Assembly (NCBI GenBank): GCA_013115145.1
Contig: JAAPAO010000287.1
Span: forward strand, 1 to 42,554
From: Perkinsus chesapeaki ATCC PRA-425
Lineage: Eukaryota; Protista; Perkinsozoa
Length of the DNA: 42,554 nucleotides
Direction: 5' to 3'
How positions within the stretch are numbered: position 1 is the first letter of the stretch; the number at the start of each line of letters is the position of its first letter. The notes beneath the pieces are model-generated. The model saw nothing but the letters and a program-made list of their open reading frames with translations, did not search any database and had not been told where the DNA came from. A program made the position numbers and the translations under genes. This document shows, piece by piece, positions 25,701 to 36,352 of this stretch.

Positions 25701-28518
25701 CCTCTTCCTCTAAGACTCTTTGAAGGTTGAGGCCGATATGTGTGTGCTTATATCTGTATTGTTTGATATTATTAAACGTATTATACTTATTTGCTCCGGT
25801 AGACAGACGTATTAGATGAATCGGTTGTGCGCAGAAATCAGCTTTTCAAATCTACTCTTCCTCAATCGCAACCCAGCATTTCTAAATTACTTAATTTTTA
25901 ATTTAGAAAACTTACTTGGATTTTTAAATTCTAAAAATTACTTTATACCGAATCTACTTCTCGTCGTCGTCGTCCTCATTGCTACTTCACCTCGCTAGCT
26001 TGGTATCCTTGATGTCACTGGCCTTGTATAGCTCTATTATCCTTCTCAACTCGCTCATCTTGATCAGTATTTCAACTTTTTCTTACATGGCATTTTGTTA
26101 CTATATTCAGAGTCATCATCATCATCATCATCTGAGGACAGTGAGGCTGAAGAGGAGGAGGAAGGAGAAGAGGGGCAACCGAAGGCTACACAGGACATTG
26201 TCGATTACACCGAGCAGGCTACGGTCGACCTACGAAGAACAGGTGCTTTGCATCTAAGGCTTTATTGAAGGAGATTCTACTTTTATTTTCAGTGTACTTA
26301 TGCATCATGTCATCGGTCAACTTTGAGGAATGTGTTCATAAGATTCTAAGTCTTAATATAAGGGAAGGGCAAGAGAAGGAGGTAGGGGGGCGGAGCGAAG
26401 CAATTCATGTTTGTTATTTTTATTCAGATATGTACAATGCTTATCGATTGTTGTGCGATGGAAAGGACGTTCAACAGCTTCTATGCCCTACAGGTAGGCG
26501 GAGCGATGCAAGAATCTTCGTCCTTGTCTTTTACTGATGTCATCAACGGGTTGAAAATTTTTCGCCTAATAAGCTTCAAAACTAATAAACTTCAGCATTG
26601 CTTGCTTGTTCAGGCCGAAAGATTATGTCGATTGGTCGAAGTGTATCGGCAGAATTTCGAGGCTAACTTCTTGGATCAATACGAAACATGTCATAGACTA
26701 GAGACCAATAAGATTAGAAATGTTGCCAAGTTCTATGGTCATCTCCTGGCTACAGATGCTATCAGTTGGGAGGTAGGCATGGTGATGGACGGGTTGAGGG
26801 GTAGAGTGGGATTGGTAGGTATTGAAATGCATACAGTTGACAGAGGAGACCACAACTTCTGCTACACGTATATTTATAAAGAACCTCATACAGTATCTTA
26901 GTGAGGTGAGGGAGAATACGGTATGAGATTTGGTGATAGATAGGTTGGAGTAGGTATGGGGCTTACGTAAACTATATCAAAGGCTTAACGATGCTAACTA
27001 TGAGGAGGCATTGGCGGGTATTCTACCGAGGGACACGGCTCATCATATGAGGTAGGGAGATAGAAGGGGGAATGGAAAATGAGATTCTGATGCATTAGAT
27101 TTGCTATTAACTTCTTCTCGGCTATCGGATTGGGGGCATTGACAAAGAAGCATCGGCAGTTACTAGAGGAGGTAGATGGATCCTGAGGGGCGGTAGAGTA
27201 GGGTGGATGCAGGTACAGGCGAAGGAGGCGGCTGAGAGGGCAGCTGCTCAGATTGATGATGATGAGGAGGACTCTAGTAGCGATGAAAGTAAGATAAGTT
27301 GTCATCATGCTCGTTCGTTTGGGTTGAGGAATGACACTCGTGGTAGTTTTGGTGATTTACTTTCGCGTGACTTGGTGGGTGTTTAATTTTATTACTGACA
27401 ACTGCTTAAGTAGAGAGTGAAGCATCTTCCTTGATTGGATGCGTTACATTGTCTTTTCTGTTTCACCGGACATACTGTTGATACTCCGATAATGAAGGGT
27501 TAATGTGGACGCTGAAAATGGGGGCAGCTTAGGAGATTTGACTCTCTCTCTCGGATTTTACTGTATCCTAGGATTTCCCTTCTTTCCTGGCAGCACTTCA
27601 ATAATTCCTGTTTGGCAGGTTCGTCGTCCTCATCGTCCTCATCGTCATCTTCATCCGACTCCGACTCTGACAGTAGTAGTAGTAGCGAAGAGAGTGATAG
27701 TGAGGCAGAGAGAAAGAGTAGGTCACCTATAAGGCGACGGAACCGGAAGGATACCAGAGTTAAGAGTGAGGATAGGAGCCCTAGGGCTCGAAGGAGTCAA
27801 AGCTATTCAAGGAGGAGAAGGAGGCAAGGTGAAAGGAGGGATAGATCGGCTGAAGGAGACCGTCGACGAAGTGAGCGAAGGGATAGATCGGCTGAAGGAG
27901 ACCGTCGACNNNNNNNNNNNNNNNNNNNNNNNNNNNNNNNNNNNNNNNNNNNNNNNNNNNNNNNNNNNNNNNNNNNNNNNNNNNNNNNNNNNNNNNNNNN
28001 NNNNNGAGCGAAGGGATAGATCGGCTGAAGGAGACCGTCGACGAAGTGAGCGAAGGGATAGATCGGCTGAAGGAGACCGTCGACGAAGTGAGCGAAGGGA
28101 TAGATCGGCTGAAGGAGACCGTCGAGGAAGCGAGAGAAGGGATAGATCTAACGAAAATAGGAATAGGTCTAGCGAACGAGAGCGTCGAGGAGGAGACCGT
28201 TATGAGGAGAGAGATGAGCGTCGTCCTCGAGGTGGAGTGAGGAGGCATGAAGGATATGATGGAGGGGACAGCCGCTCTTACCATTATTACCATGACGACG
28301 AGGGCGACAGGAACCAGGGACGTAGACATAGTGGAACTGAAGATAGAAGGAAGAGTCTTTCTCCTCCAAGAGCAGTTGGCAGGAGAAGGGAAAGATCTAA
28401 TAGCCGAGAAAGTGGAGGTGAGAAAAAGAACCCTTCTTCACAGCTCCATTCCTTCGAAGTACTTTTGTCGCCTACTAGCTCCCCATCGTTTCGAAGGATG
28501 GGTGGATGGAGCCGCTGA
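22723..28518 (+). CDS. CWC22: Pre-mRNA splicing factor CWC22 (MIF4G and MA3 domains, RS/RD-rich tail); contains an assembly gap
   Basis: [56 protein letters not shown] and CHRLETNKIRNVAKFYGHLLATDAISWE are characteristic CWC22 motifs. Confidence 0.95.
27831..28150 (+). repeat. 42-nt coding tandem repeat (ERRDRSAEGDRRRS)n in the CWC22 tail, spanning an N gap (about 27910-28005)
   Basis: Unit GAGCGAAGGGATAGATCGGCTGAAGGAGACCGTCGACGAAGT repeats on both sides of the gap, so copy number is unknown. Confidence 0.9.
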
Positions 28519-29537
28519 CAGCCAGGGACTCGGCCGCCACGCCGGCAACTGCCGGGCGGTCCGCAAATTCGCCCGGCAATGTCCGCCATTTGCCGGGAAG
28601 CCTGCGATGCTACCCGGACTTACCCGGCAGTCCATTACTTCACCGGGCTTTCACTCGAAAGCAAGGATAAGGGCGGCCGGTGGAGATGCTCCTAAAAATG
28701 CACAGTTGAACTTCAGTGCAATACGGCGCATACAGTAGTGTACGCGCACACATTGTCGCGCACACTCCTACCGAAGCCTACAGGCATGAAGAAAGAGTAT
28801 ACAATACTTATTTTGATAGCCACCTATCCATTGAGATGAAAATTTCCGCATCATCACTCTCCTGTCCATCGCAAACGACTCTAATCGTTCGAGAAATGCA
28901 AAAAGCGAGATATGTTGTCCTATTTCGTCATTCTATCAAGGGCTTTCCCGAGGTCCCTATAGGGTCCACTTATATCCTTACTAACCTCTTCCCCATGAAT
29001 ATTCACTCCTACCAGTATCCGTCTGAGTCGACTCACGGCTCACCTTCGTTCAGATCCCACGGCCCTTCTTTAAAAATTAGAGGCCCGAGATCTGCGGTGC
29101 CGGGCGGCCGAGAGCGAGACTTTGTGGAATTGCGACGCCTATGCCTCTGGCCAGTTAATGTTTTTCAGGTGCTGGACGTCCATCTGCTAGAAGTGTCTCG
29201 AGGTCGAGCGAGAGGCCTGCACGTAGTCGTGAAGGCAGTCGCAGCAGCAGAGGTCTCAGGGCCTAACAACATAGTGAACTTTCGGATATACTCAAAATGG
29301 AACTGTTGTTTCGTTCGGTCAATCATGGGATGAGTGCGGAGCCGCAGTTTTGGGGTGTCCATGATGAACGCAGATTTGTGGCCCGACTGGATGCTTGTTG
29401 TTGGTCTTGAGGTATACTGTAGATCCTGGGAAGTGGCTAGTGCCTTATTACCGGTCACTACAGTACGATCTGTAGCAGTAGAGTAAGTTGGTCCGTCCTA
29501 TACAGGCATGGGTGGTTTTCATCTTTTTTCCTCGTCG

Positions 29538-29609
29538 GCCACTTTAGCTTAGTGGTAGAGCGTCTGCTTCGTAAGCAGAAGGTCGTCAGTTCAATCCTGG
29601 CAAGTGGCT
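29538..29609 (+). tRNA. tRNA-Thr(CGT)
   Basis: GCCACTT/AAGTGGC acceptor, TCTGC-TTCGTAA-GCAGA anticodon arm, GTCAG-TTCAATC-CTGGC T-arm. Confidence 0.95.
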
Positions 29610-29708
29610 AGTGCTTTATTAGCGGTCACTACAATGCGAACTGTAGCAGTAGAGTAAGTTGGTCCGTCCTATACAGGCATGGGCGGTTTTCATCTTGTTT
29701 CCTCGTCG

Positions 29709-29780
29709 GCCACTTTAGCTTAGTGGTAGAGCGTCTGCTTTGTAAGCAGAAGGTCGTCAGTTCAATCCTGGCAAGTGGCT
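29709..29780 (+). tRNA. tRNA-Thr(TGT)
   Basis: Identical to the preceding copy except the anticodon loop TTTGTAA. Confidence 0.95.
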
Positions 29781-29879
29781 AGTGCTTTATTAGCGGTCAC
29801 TACAATGCGAACTCTAGAAGTCGAGTAAGTTGGTCTGTCCTATACAGGCATGGGTGGTTTTCATCTTATTTTCTCGTCA

Positions 29880-29951
29880 GCCACTTTAGCTTAGTGGTAG
29901 GGCGTCTGCTTTGTAAGCAGAAGGTCGTCAGTTCAATCCTGGCAAGTGGCT
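29880..29951 (+). tRNA. tRNA-Thr(TGT), D-stem variant
   Basis: GAGC changed to GGGC in the D-stem (G-U still possible); otherwise intact. Confidence 0.85.
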
Positions 29952-30150
29952 AGTGCTTTTTTAGCGGTCACTACAATGCGAACTCTAGAAGTCGAGTAAG
30001 TTGGTCTGTCCTATACAGGCATGGGTGGTTTTCANNNNNNNNNNNNNNNNNNNNNNNNNNNNNNNNNNNNNNNNNNNNNNNNNNNNNNNNNNNNNNNNNN
30101 NNNNNNNNNNNNNNNNNNNNNNNNNNNNNNNNNATCTAATTTTCTCGTTA

Positions 30151-30222
30151 GCCACTTTAGCTTAGTGATAGAGCGTCTTCTTTGTAAGCAGAAGGTCGTC
30201 AGTTCAATCCTGGCAAGTGGCT
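30151..30222 (+). pseudogene. tRNA-Thr(TGT), probably defective
   Basis: D-loop GG changed to GA, and the anticodon stem TCTTC/GCAGA has a mismatch. Confidence 0.7.
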
Positions 30223-30321
30223 AGTGCTTTATTACCGGTCAATACGATACGAACTGGAGCAGTCAAGTAGGTTGCTCCGCCCTATACAGGCATGGGTGGT
30301 TTTCATCTTGCTTTCTCGTCA

Positions 30322-30393
30322 GCCGCTTTAGCTTAGTGGTAGAGCGTCTGCTTCGTAAGCAGAAGGTCGTCAGTTCAATCCTGGTAAGTGGCT
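30322..30393 (+). tRNA. tRNA-Thr(CGT)
   Basis: GCCGCTT acceptor and CTGGT T-stem variants, both G-U compatible. Confidence 0.9.
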
Positions 30394-30492
30394 AGTGCCT
30401 TATTATAGGTCACTACAATGCGAACTCTAGAAGTCGAGTAAGTTGGTCCGTCCTATACAGGCATGGGTGGTTTTCATCTGGTTTCCTCGTCA

Positions 30493-30564
30493 GCCACTTT
30501 AGCTTAGTGGTAGAGCGTCTGCTTCGTAAGCAGAAGGTCGTCAGTTCAATCCTGGCAAGTGGCT
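30493..30564 (+). tRNA. tRNA-Thr(CGT)
   Basis: Consensus copy with an intact cloverleaf. Confidence 0.95.
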
Positions 30565-30663
30565 AGTGCTTTATTAGCGGTCACAACAATGCGAACTCTA
30601 GCAGTCGAGTAAGTTGGTCCGTCCTATACAGGCATTGGTGGTTTTCATCTTGTTTTCTCGTCA

Positions 30664-30735
30664 GCCTCTTTAGCTTAGTGGTAGACCGTCTGCTTTGTAA
30701 GCAGTAGGTCGTCAGCTCGATCCTCGCCAGTGGCT
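30664..30735 (+). pseudogene. tRNA-Thr(TGT) pseudogene
   Basis: Multiple substitutions in the acceptor, D-stem, anticodon stem and T-arm (GTCAGCTCGATCCTCGC). Confidence 0.8.
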
Positions 30736-30834
30736 AGTGCCTTATTACCGGTGAATACAATACGAACTGGAGCAGTCAAGTAGGTTGCTCCGTCCTATAC
30801 GGGCATGGGTAGTTTTCATCTTTTTTTCTCGTGA

Positions 30835-30906
30835 GCCACCTTAGCCTAGTGGTAGAGCGTCTGCTTTGTAAGCAGAAGGTCGTCAGTTCAATCCTGGCAA
30901 GTGGCT
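30835..30906 (+). tRNA. tRNA-Thr(TGT), acceptor mismatch variant
   Basis: GCCACCT/AAGTGGC gives one C-A mismatch; D-stem GCCT. Confidence 0.7.
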
Positions 30907-31005
30907 AGTGCCTCATTACCGGTCACTACAGTACGATTTGTAGCAGTCAAGTAGGTTGCTCCGTCCTATACAGGCATGGGTGGTTTTCATCTTTTTTTCT
31001 CGTCA

Positions 31006-31077
31006 GCCACTTTAGCTTAGTGGTAGAGCGTCTGCTTCGTAAGCAGAAGGTCGTCAGTTCAATCCTGGGAAGTGGCT
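31006..31077 (+). tRNA. tRNA-Thr(CGT), T-stem variant
   Basis: CTGGG gives a G-G mismatch at the base of the T-stem. Confidence 0.75.
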
Positions 31078-31176
31078 AGTGCTTTATTACCGGTCAATAC
31101 AATGCTAACTGGAGCAGTCAAGTAGGTTGCTCCGCCCTATACAGGCATGGGTGGTTTTCATCTTGCTTTCTCGTCA

Positions 31177-31248
31177 GCCGCTTTAGCTTAGTGGTAGAGC
31201 GTCTGCTTCGTAAGCAGAAGGTCGTCAGTTCAATCCTGGTAAGTGGCT
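31177..31248 (+). tRNA. tRNA-Thr(CGT)
   Basis: Same diagnostic variants as the copy at 30322. Confidence 0.9.
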
Positions 31249-31347
31249 AGTGCCTTATTATAGGTCACTACAATGCGAACTCTAGAAGTCGAGTAAGTTG
31301 GTCCGTCCTATACAGGCATGGGTGGTTTTCATCTTGTTTTCTCGTCA

Positions 31348-31416
31348 GCCACTTTAGCTTAGTGGTAGAGCGTCTTTGTAACCAGAAGGTCGTCACGTTG
31401 ATCCTGGCAATTGCCT
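31348..31416 (+). pseudogene. Degenerate terminal tRNA-Thr(TGT) copy
   Basis: Deletion in the anticodon stem (CGTCTTTGTAACCAGA) and a broken T-loop (CACGTTGATCC). Confidence 0.8.
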
Positions 31417-31453
31417 TCTCTCATCCTGGCTGCCTTAGTTGTTTTGTATAACC

Positions 31454-31892
31454 ATGTCTGCCTTCACGTCTTCACCTAACACATATGCCCACCACGGCCC
31501 GCGTGTACCGGACTACCACTCGGGCGGCTTTTATTTTGCAGGAGTACGGTATAAGTCGCAGGTGAGAAGAGCTCCCATAATTTTTGTTGTCGACCATCTG
31601 TCCTCAGTATGGATCGATGTTGATGCAGCCTTGCCGCGTGCAAAAGAAAACAGCGAATCAGAAGAAGTGTAAGATAAGAGCGTTGAGAAATTTGTCACCG
31701 ACCAGAACTTGGCTGCTCGGTGATATTTGATGATATCTGATGACTGATCCAGGTACCACTCCAGTGGCAGCTATGGCTGCGCTGTATGAAGTTAACTCAG
31801 AGTACCGTACGGAGATGAAGAAGAGATACCAAGTAAGTAGTCACTCTGATCTGCAGCACCATGGCCTGCTACGCGACCTAGGCTATGAATAA
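31454..31892 (+). CDS. Small (~97 aa) hypothetical protein, 4 exons plus terminal exon
   Basis: Four phase-consistent GT-AG introns give MSAFTSSPNTYAHHGPRVPDYHSGGFYFAGVRYKSQYGSMLMQPCRVQKKTANQKKTWLLGTTPVAAMAALYEVNSEYRTEMKKRYQHHGLLRDLGYE*. Confidence 0.65.
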
Positions 31893-32694
31893 TAACCGCT
31901 GCTCAGGCACTGATGTTCCGCTGCGAGCATCCATGGTCTGGTAGAACTCCATATGAAGTGAAGGAGAACTTCAAGTTCAGCAGTGAGGGTAGGCCGTATG
32001 AGTAAAACAGCCTGTTTGGAACAGCACACTATACATTGAACACATCATTCTTCGTTCGGCAATATGACTTTTGTCCAGGAGACGAGCACACGCTGCTCCT
32101 GCCTTCTCAGTTTCATATTGTGACACAAGCTCAAGCGGGACGCACGCACACAAGACCCGATCACGACATGGCTCGGCCTGCTCATCGCGCTCAAGTGAAA
32201 CCGGGTCTATTGGATCTCAGAAGCTGGCCACCGGTCTGGGGCCAAACACTCCTACTCCCTCGAGGAAACGAGACGCGGCTACGAGCATCTCTGGGCTATC
32301 TGTTGGCAGACGTTCAACGGCACGAAGCTCGCAGGTAACCTATACGCTCAACTGGCAGATGTTGCCTTGGCCAGCACCGTTAGCGAACTTCGTTCACATT
32401 CGTGGCGACCTATTTTAAATAGCGTCAGGATTTCGGGCAGTCCAGCGACTATATAACCGTGTTCTCTCAGGCATCGTCCATCCGAGCATAATGTAACCCC
32501 ATGTTTTACGTAAGAGAACAGCAGTAGGTGTAAGCATCCTTGTGACTCCTGTGATTTACTTCCATGACTGTTTACAATGAGTCATCGCCGTTATATGCCC
32601 CTTCATTTTGTGTTGGAAGTAACCTACGAGGGAAACTGCGGTCACCGGTGTATACGCGTTCTCGGGGCGATCGAGATTTCGCTTTAAAATTGAG

Positions 32695-34003
32695 ATGCAA
32701 TCCGATCGACGTGTGCTGTTCAATTGCAGCGCTGTCCTCATGAATTTGGAAAATGCCGACTGGTCAATCACTCCTCCACTTCCGGCAGGGATTTTGAGTA
32801 CATCCAACAGTATGAATGCATTGCCGAATCTGTTACCAATTAATGAATCACTCCCTCTCCATATCATACTTGTGCATCTACGAGTCGAAGATATCTTTAA
32901 TCTCGGTGCGAGCTCGAGAGAGATGAAGACCAGCATATTAGATTCAAGCCCGCTAAGAATGTATTTCTGTCGGGAACGGGGATGGAACCCCCATAGAGTG
33001 AAATCGTGGATAGACATGGCTAAAAGAGACCGTTGTTTGATGTAGTTATCCCTGTAGCATCGTCTGGTAACGGCCAAGTCAAGGTACGAGGATTTCAACG
33101 GTCATTTTAACTGGAAGCGGGGGCCAAGCCTCAAGTGCCCTGAGTTGAACACCATCGAGTTGATCGAACGAGAGAACCGTAGCAAGTGGCTCAGACTGAG
33201 CGGAGGAACTGACTGGCAGGGTGAGTTGTACGTCCTTTAGGTACCGGTTCATTGCTTTATTTCCTCAGGCTTCAAAGGAGTATATCGCACGTTCGAGAAT
33301 GACGCCTCTCACCCGGCCAAACATTATTGGTTGGAAATCGAGCTGAGAGTGAACGACATCGATGCGACATCTATTTGCGTTGTGAGCCATAAAGTAGCCT
33401 ATTGTTGTTATATTTTGGAAGGTTCTAAGTGAAGGCATCCGTAATTGGGGACCAGAAGGTGTTATCATGCAACTAGTATACGATGGTCATCGAACTGGTT
33501 GGAGATTCGTGCTTCGAAAACCGGCTGGTATGCCAACATTACGAGGCTCTCGAAGGAGGGAAGTGAGTCCACGTTATTGACCATCTAATCGACCTTCTAA
33601 TTTTGTCATTTGGTAGGTACCAGTGGAGGATTGCCGAGGTAACACAACTTTCACTTTCCTTTTTTTCATCGACTTCGCCAGCAAGTACGTTGTATTCTAC
33701 TCAAACGGCGTCTTGAATGGCGCTATGGAGTTCGCCAGCGATGCCGAATACGTGGGAGCTTTATCGATCTATTCTTGGCGATCTCAGTCTGAACTGCTTA
33801 TCTCGAATATCATCCTTACCAAGTTTGAATCAAGTCTGCGTGTGGCTCCGCGTTCAACGAAAGAAGGGAGCATTGATATTCCAGACCATGGGTCTCGAAA
33901 CGACCCGCGCATACTTATCCGGTTTTTGCTCTTCATTGCCTTACCGGTGATAGCGGCAATGGCGGCGGTTCGACTGTGGTCTTCTGTTAGATATATATTT
34001 TAG
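32695..34003 (+). CDS. Hypothetical type I membrane protein, possibly with a ConA/LamG-like beta domain; start not determined
   Basis: Exons such as HYWLEIELRVNDIDATSICV and DFASKYVVFYSNGVLNGAMEF (LamG-like strand pattern) and a C-terminal hydrophobic helix ILIRFLLFIALPVIAAMAAV. Confidence 0.5.
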
Positions 34004-34146
34004 CTTATATGTAATAATCTACAAGATTTCTCGATCACTATTGCGTTAACTGGCCAGTACAAGGTTCGCTGTTCCCCCACTGCAAAGTGGGCATGCTACA
34101 CTTCATAGAACCCAACACTAAAGCTAATAACAGAAACAACAGTGAT

Positions 34147-36052
34147 TCACTCGCTCATGCTGGACGCAGGTGGTGGTTGACTCCGCAAAAACACCTCAGC
34201 AAAAACCTCGACAACCGTTCTGTCACACTTGAGTAGGACGTTTCTATCAGCATGTTTTTCACACCATAGCCTAGCCAGCTCAGAGGAGGTAGTTAGCCCC
34301 TCATCATTAGCAATGACTCTGAGAGCCTCTGTCAGAGCGTAAGAGTCTATCGTGGACTTCGGCAGCTTCGTCTTGGGCTTGGGAACACTGAAACGGGTCA
34401 AACTTCAAGAGCCGGCCGTAATGGTATGCGTACTTATCGCCTTCATGTGGTGCACCGTTCTTTGGGAGTTCATCGCATTTTTCGGAGACGTTGTCATTGT
34501 CGGATGATCCAGTCTGAGGAGCCACTTCAACTTGGACGCACAGGCGCCTTACGAGAAGTCGTTTTTTAAGTATTGCTTCGTCGACCTTCGTCTCGGAAGG
34601 TCGGTGGCGAAGAGCTCTACGGAATTCGACGTTGGAGATGTCGCCGAGCTCCGTCACAATTTCGACAGCCTCCGATATTCCCTGACAGACGGACTCCCTC
34701 CAACAGTCGACTGGTTTCCGCCACCGACAGCTGCCTCGAATTCCTTCTCAACCGTGTGCTCATCGGGTAGGTTGTCGGCAGTCAAGTAATAAGGAACATC
34801 ATACTCACTAACCCCCATACGTCGTAGCAATGCCGCTCTAGCTGGGAGCTCTGATAGGAACGATGACTGCTCATGCAGTTGGCTTTGGCTTACCATTTAA
34901 TATTCCGTTCTCATCGTGTGAAGCTGTAAGAACAAGCCTAGGGTTCGCTATGATGGCTCTGTGTGGATTCAGGCCACATTCCCGAAGGCCACTCACCTGA
35001 CCAAAAATCCGCTGCACACCAGAGCGTCCATACCAGCTTTTTCATCATTGGAGGTTTCCCAATACCCCAAAACTCAGGAAGAGCCGGACATCGATGGATG
35101 ATCTCAACAGCTTGTGGTAAAGGCAGATTGAGTGGTGCGCTTGTGATCGAGTGTAGGCAACCCTTAACGTGTTTCGGATTCATCGGTATGAAAAACTCCA
35201 ATTGCACTGCGCTCACCTCATGACCCCAACAGCAACACTAACGCGACATCGGTGGATATGGTCAAGCATGATCTCAGAGACTATCGGCCAAGCCGACTGC
35301 GTTTGGGTTGCCGACCGGACAGAGATGATGCTGAAGATGCCGAGGATCGACTCTCTCGTGACCGCACGTCTTTTGGTCCTTGGAGCGTTGCTACTGTCCC
35401 ACGCTGTCCTGAGCAATGATTCAGTTATACAAACTAGATCCATGCTTACCAGCTGCATCTGAGTTACTTGAAAGCCCCTGATGTTGGCGATACCTCAATG
35501 AGGGCGATGATTAAAAGATCTTTACACCGTAGAGACTTACGAAAACGTTGAATCGTTCAGCGTGCTTCTTCTCACAGTCGTCAAAGTCCTCTTGGCTCCA
35601 TCAGGCGATCGAGCTCGACTATACCGCTTCAACGGTGTCCTACTTCCACCCTTACAATTTGTGGTTCCCTGCTGAAGGTAGGACAAAGTACAGTTATCCG
35701 CTGGAATAACTTACCATTGGGGGGTTCAAGCCTTTCTTAACGACCTTATTGGTTTTCCTTCCACTACACGCCAAAGCTTCATTCTCGAGTAGTTCTGATG
35801 ATGCGCTTGACGCCACTACTGGTGCTGGTGGTGGAGCCTCTGTGTTACAGTAGCACGCAGATGACTGTAGCTTAGCCAGGCTGATGTACACAGTAAAAAT
35901 CCATTGCACCACCAAATTTGTGCGAAGAGTTGGTAACTGGACAGCAAGTGAGAATCTTACCGCTGCTCACGAGTGAGCTTCTGTGCACTTTGACGTCCGC
36001 CGAGGCGATGCCCTTCGGAATGGATATAGCCGGAATATGCAGAGGGATGCAT
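34147..36052 (-). CDS. Hypothetical multi-exon protein
   Basis: Phase-consistent splicing links MHPSAYSGYIHSEG... through ...GISEAVEIVTELGDISNVEFRRALR... to ...VFLRSQPPPASSMSE*. No family recognised. Confidence 0.6.
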
Positions 36053-36103
36053 TTAATTCAAACTTTACATATACACCCCAATCCTGTTCACAAGTTTAGC
36101 ACA

Positions 36104-36185
36104 GAGTGTTTGCCCGAGTGGTTAAGGGGGTGGACTTAAGATCCACTGGACATGGTCCGCGTGGGTTCGAACCCCACAGCACTCA
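36104..36185 (+). tRNA. tRNA-Leu(TAA)
   Basis: GAGTGTT/AGCACTC acceptor, GTGGA-CTTAAGA-TCCAC anticodon arm, long variable arm, GTGGG-TTCGAAC-CCCAC T-arm, then CTTTT. Confidence 0.95.
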
Positions 36186-36352
36186 CTTTTCTCAAATATT
36201 GCGCTCGCCATACGATTGCGCGTTCCGTGGTGGCGGACCATCTCCCATTGAAACATATGGCTTTCAGCAGCTCCGCAAGGTAACATTGAAACGAATTGAA
36301 ACACTGAGCTCAACATACGTTAAATAACACCAAAGATAAAAATGCTAAACAA

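Larger units (their letters stand above)
29423..31416 (+). repeat. 171-bp tandem array of tRNA-Thr genes (72-nt tRNA plus 99-nt spacer), with an N gap at 30035-30133
   Basis: tRNA starts at 29538, 29709, 29880, 30151, 30322, 30493, 30664, 30835, 31006, 31177 and 31348 (171 apart except across the gap). A truncated 3' piece lies at 29423-29438. Confidence 0.97.

Noticed and set aside
27766-28240. Alternative open frames of the 42-nt repeat (EGIDRLKETVDEVS; antisense ORF)
   Set aside because: A stop-free unit divisible by three opens several frames. The upstream Ser-rich exon fixes the RS/RD frame, and the apparent frame change comes from the N gap.
28716-29333. 205-aa plus-strand ORF
   Set aside because: No recognisable motif. 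The opposite strand has stop-interrupted protein-like text, so it may be antisense to a decayed element; unresolved.
29423-31416. CRISPR-like regular repeat
   Set aside because: The repeats are tRNA genes and the spacers are near-identical rather than unique; the context is eukaryotic with no cas genes.
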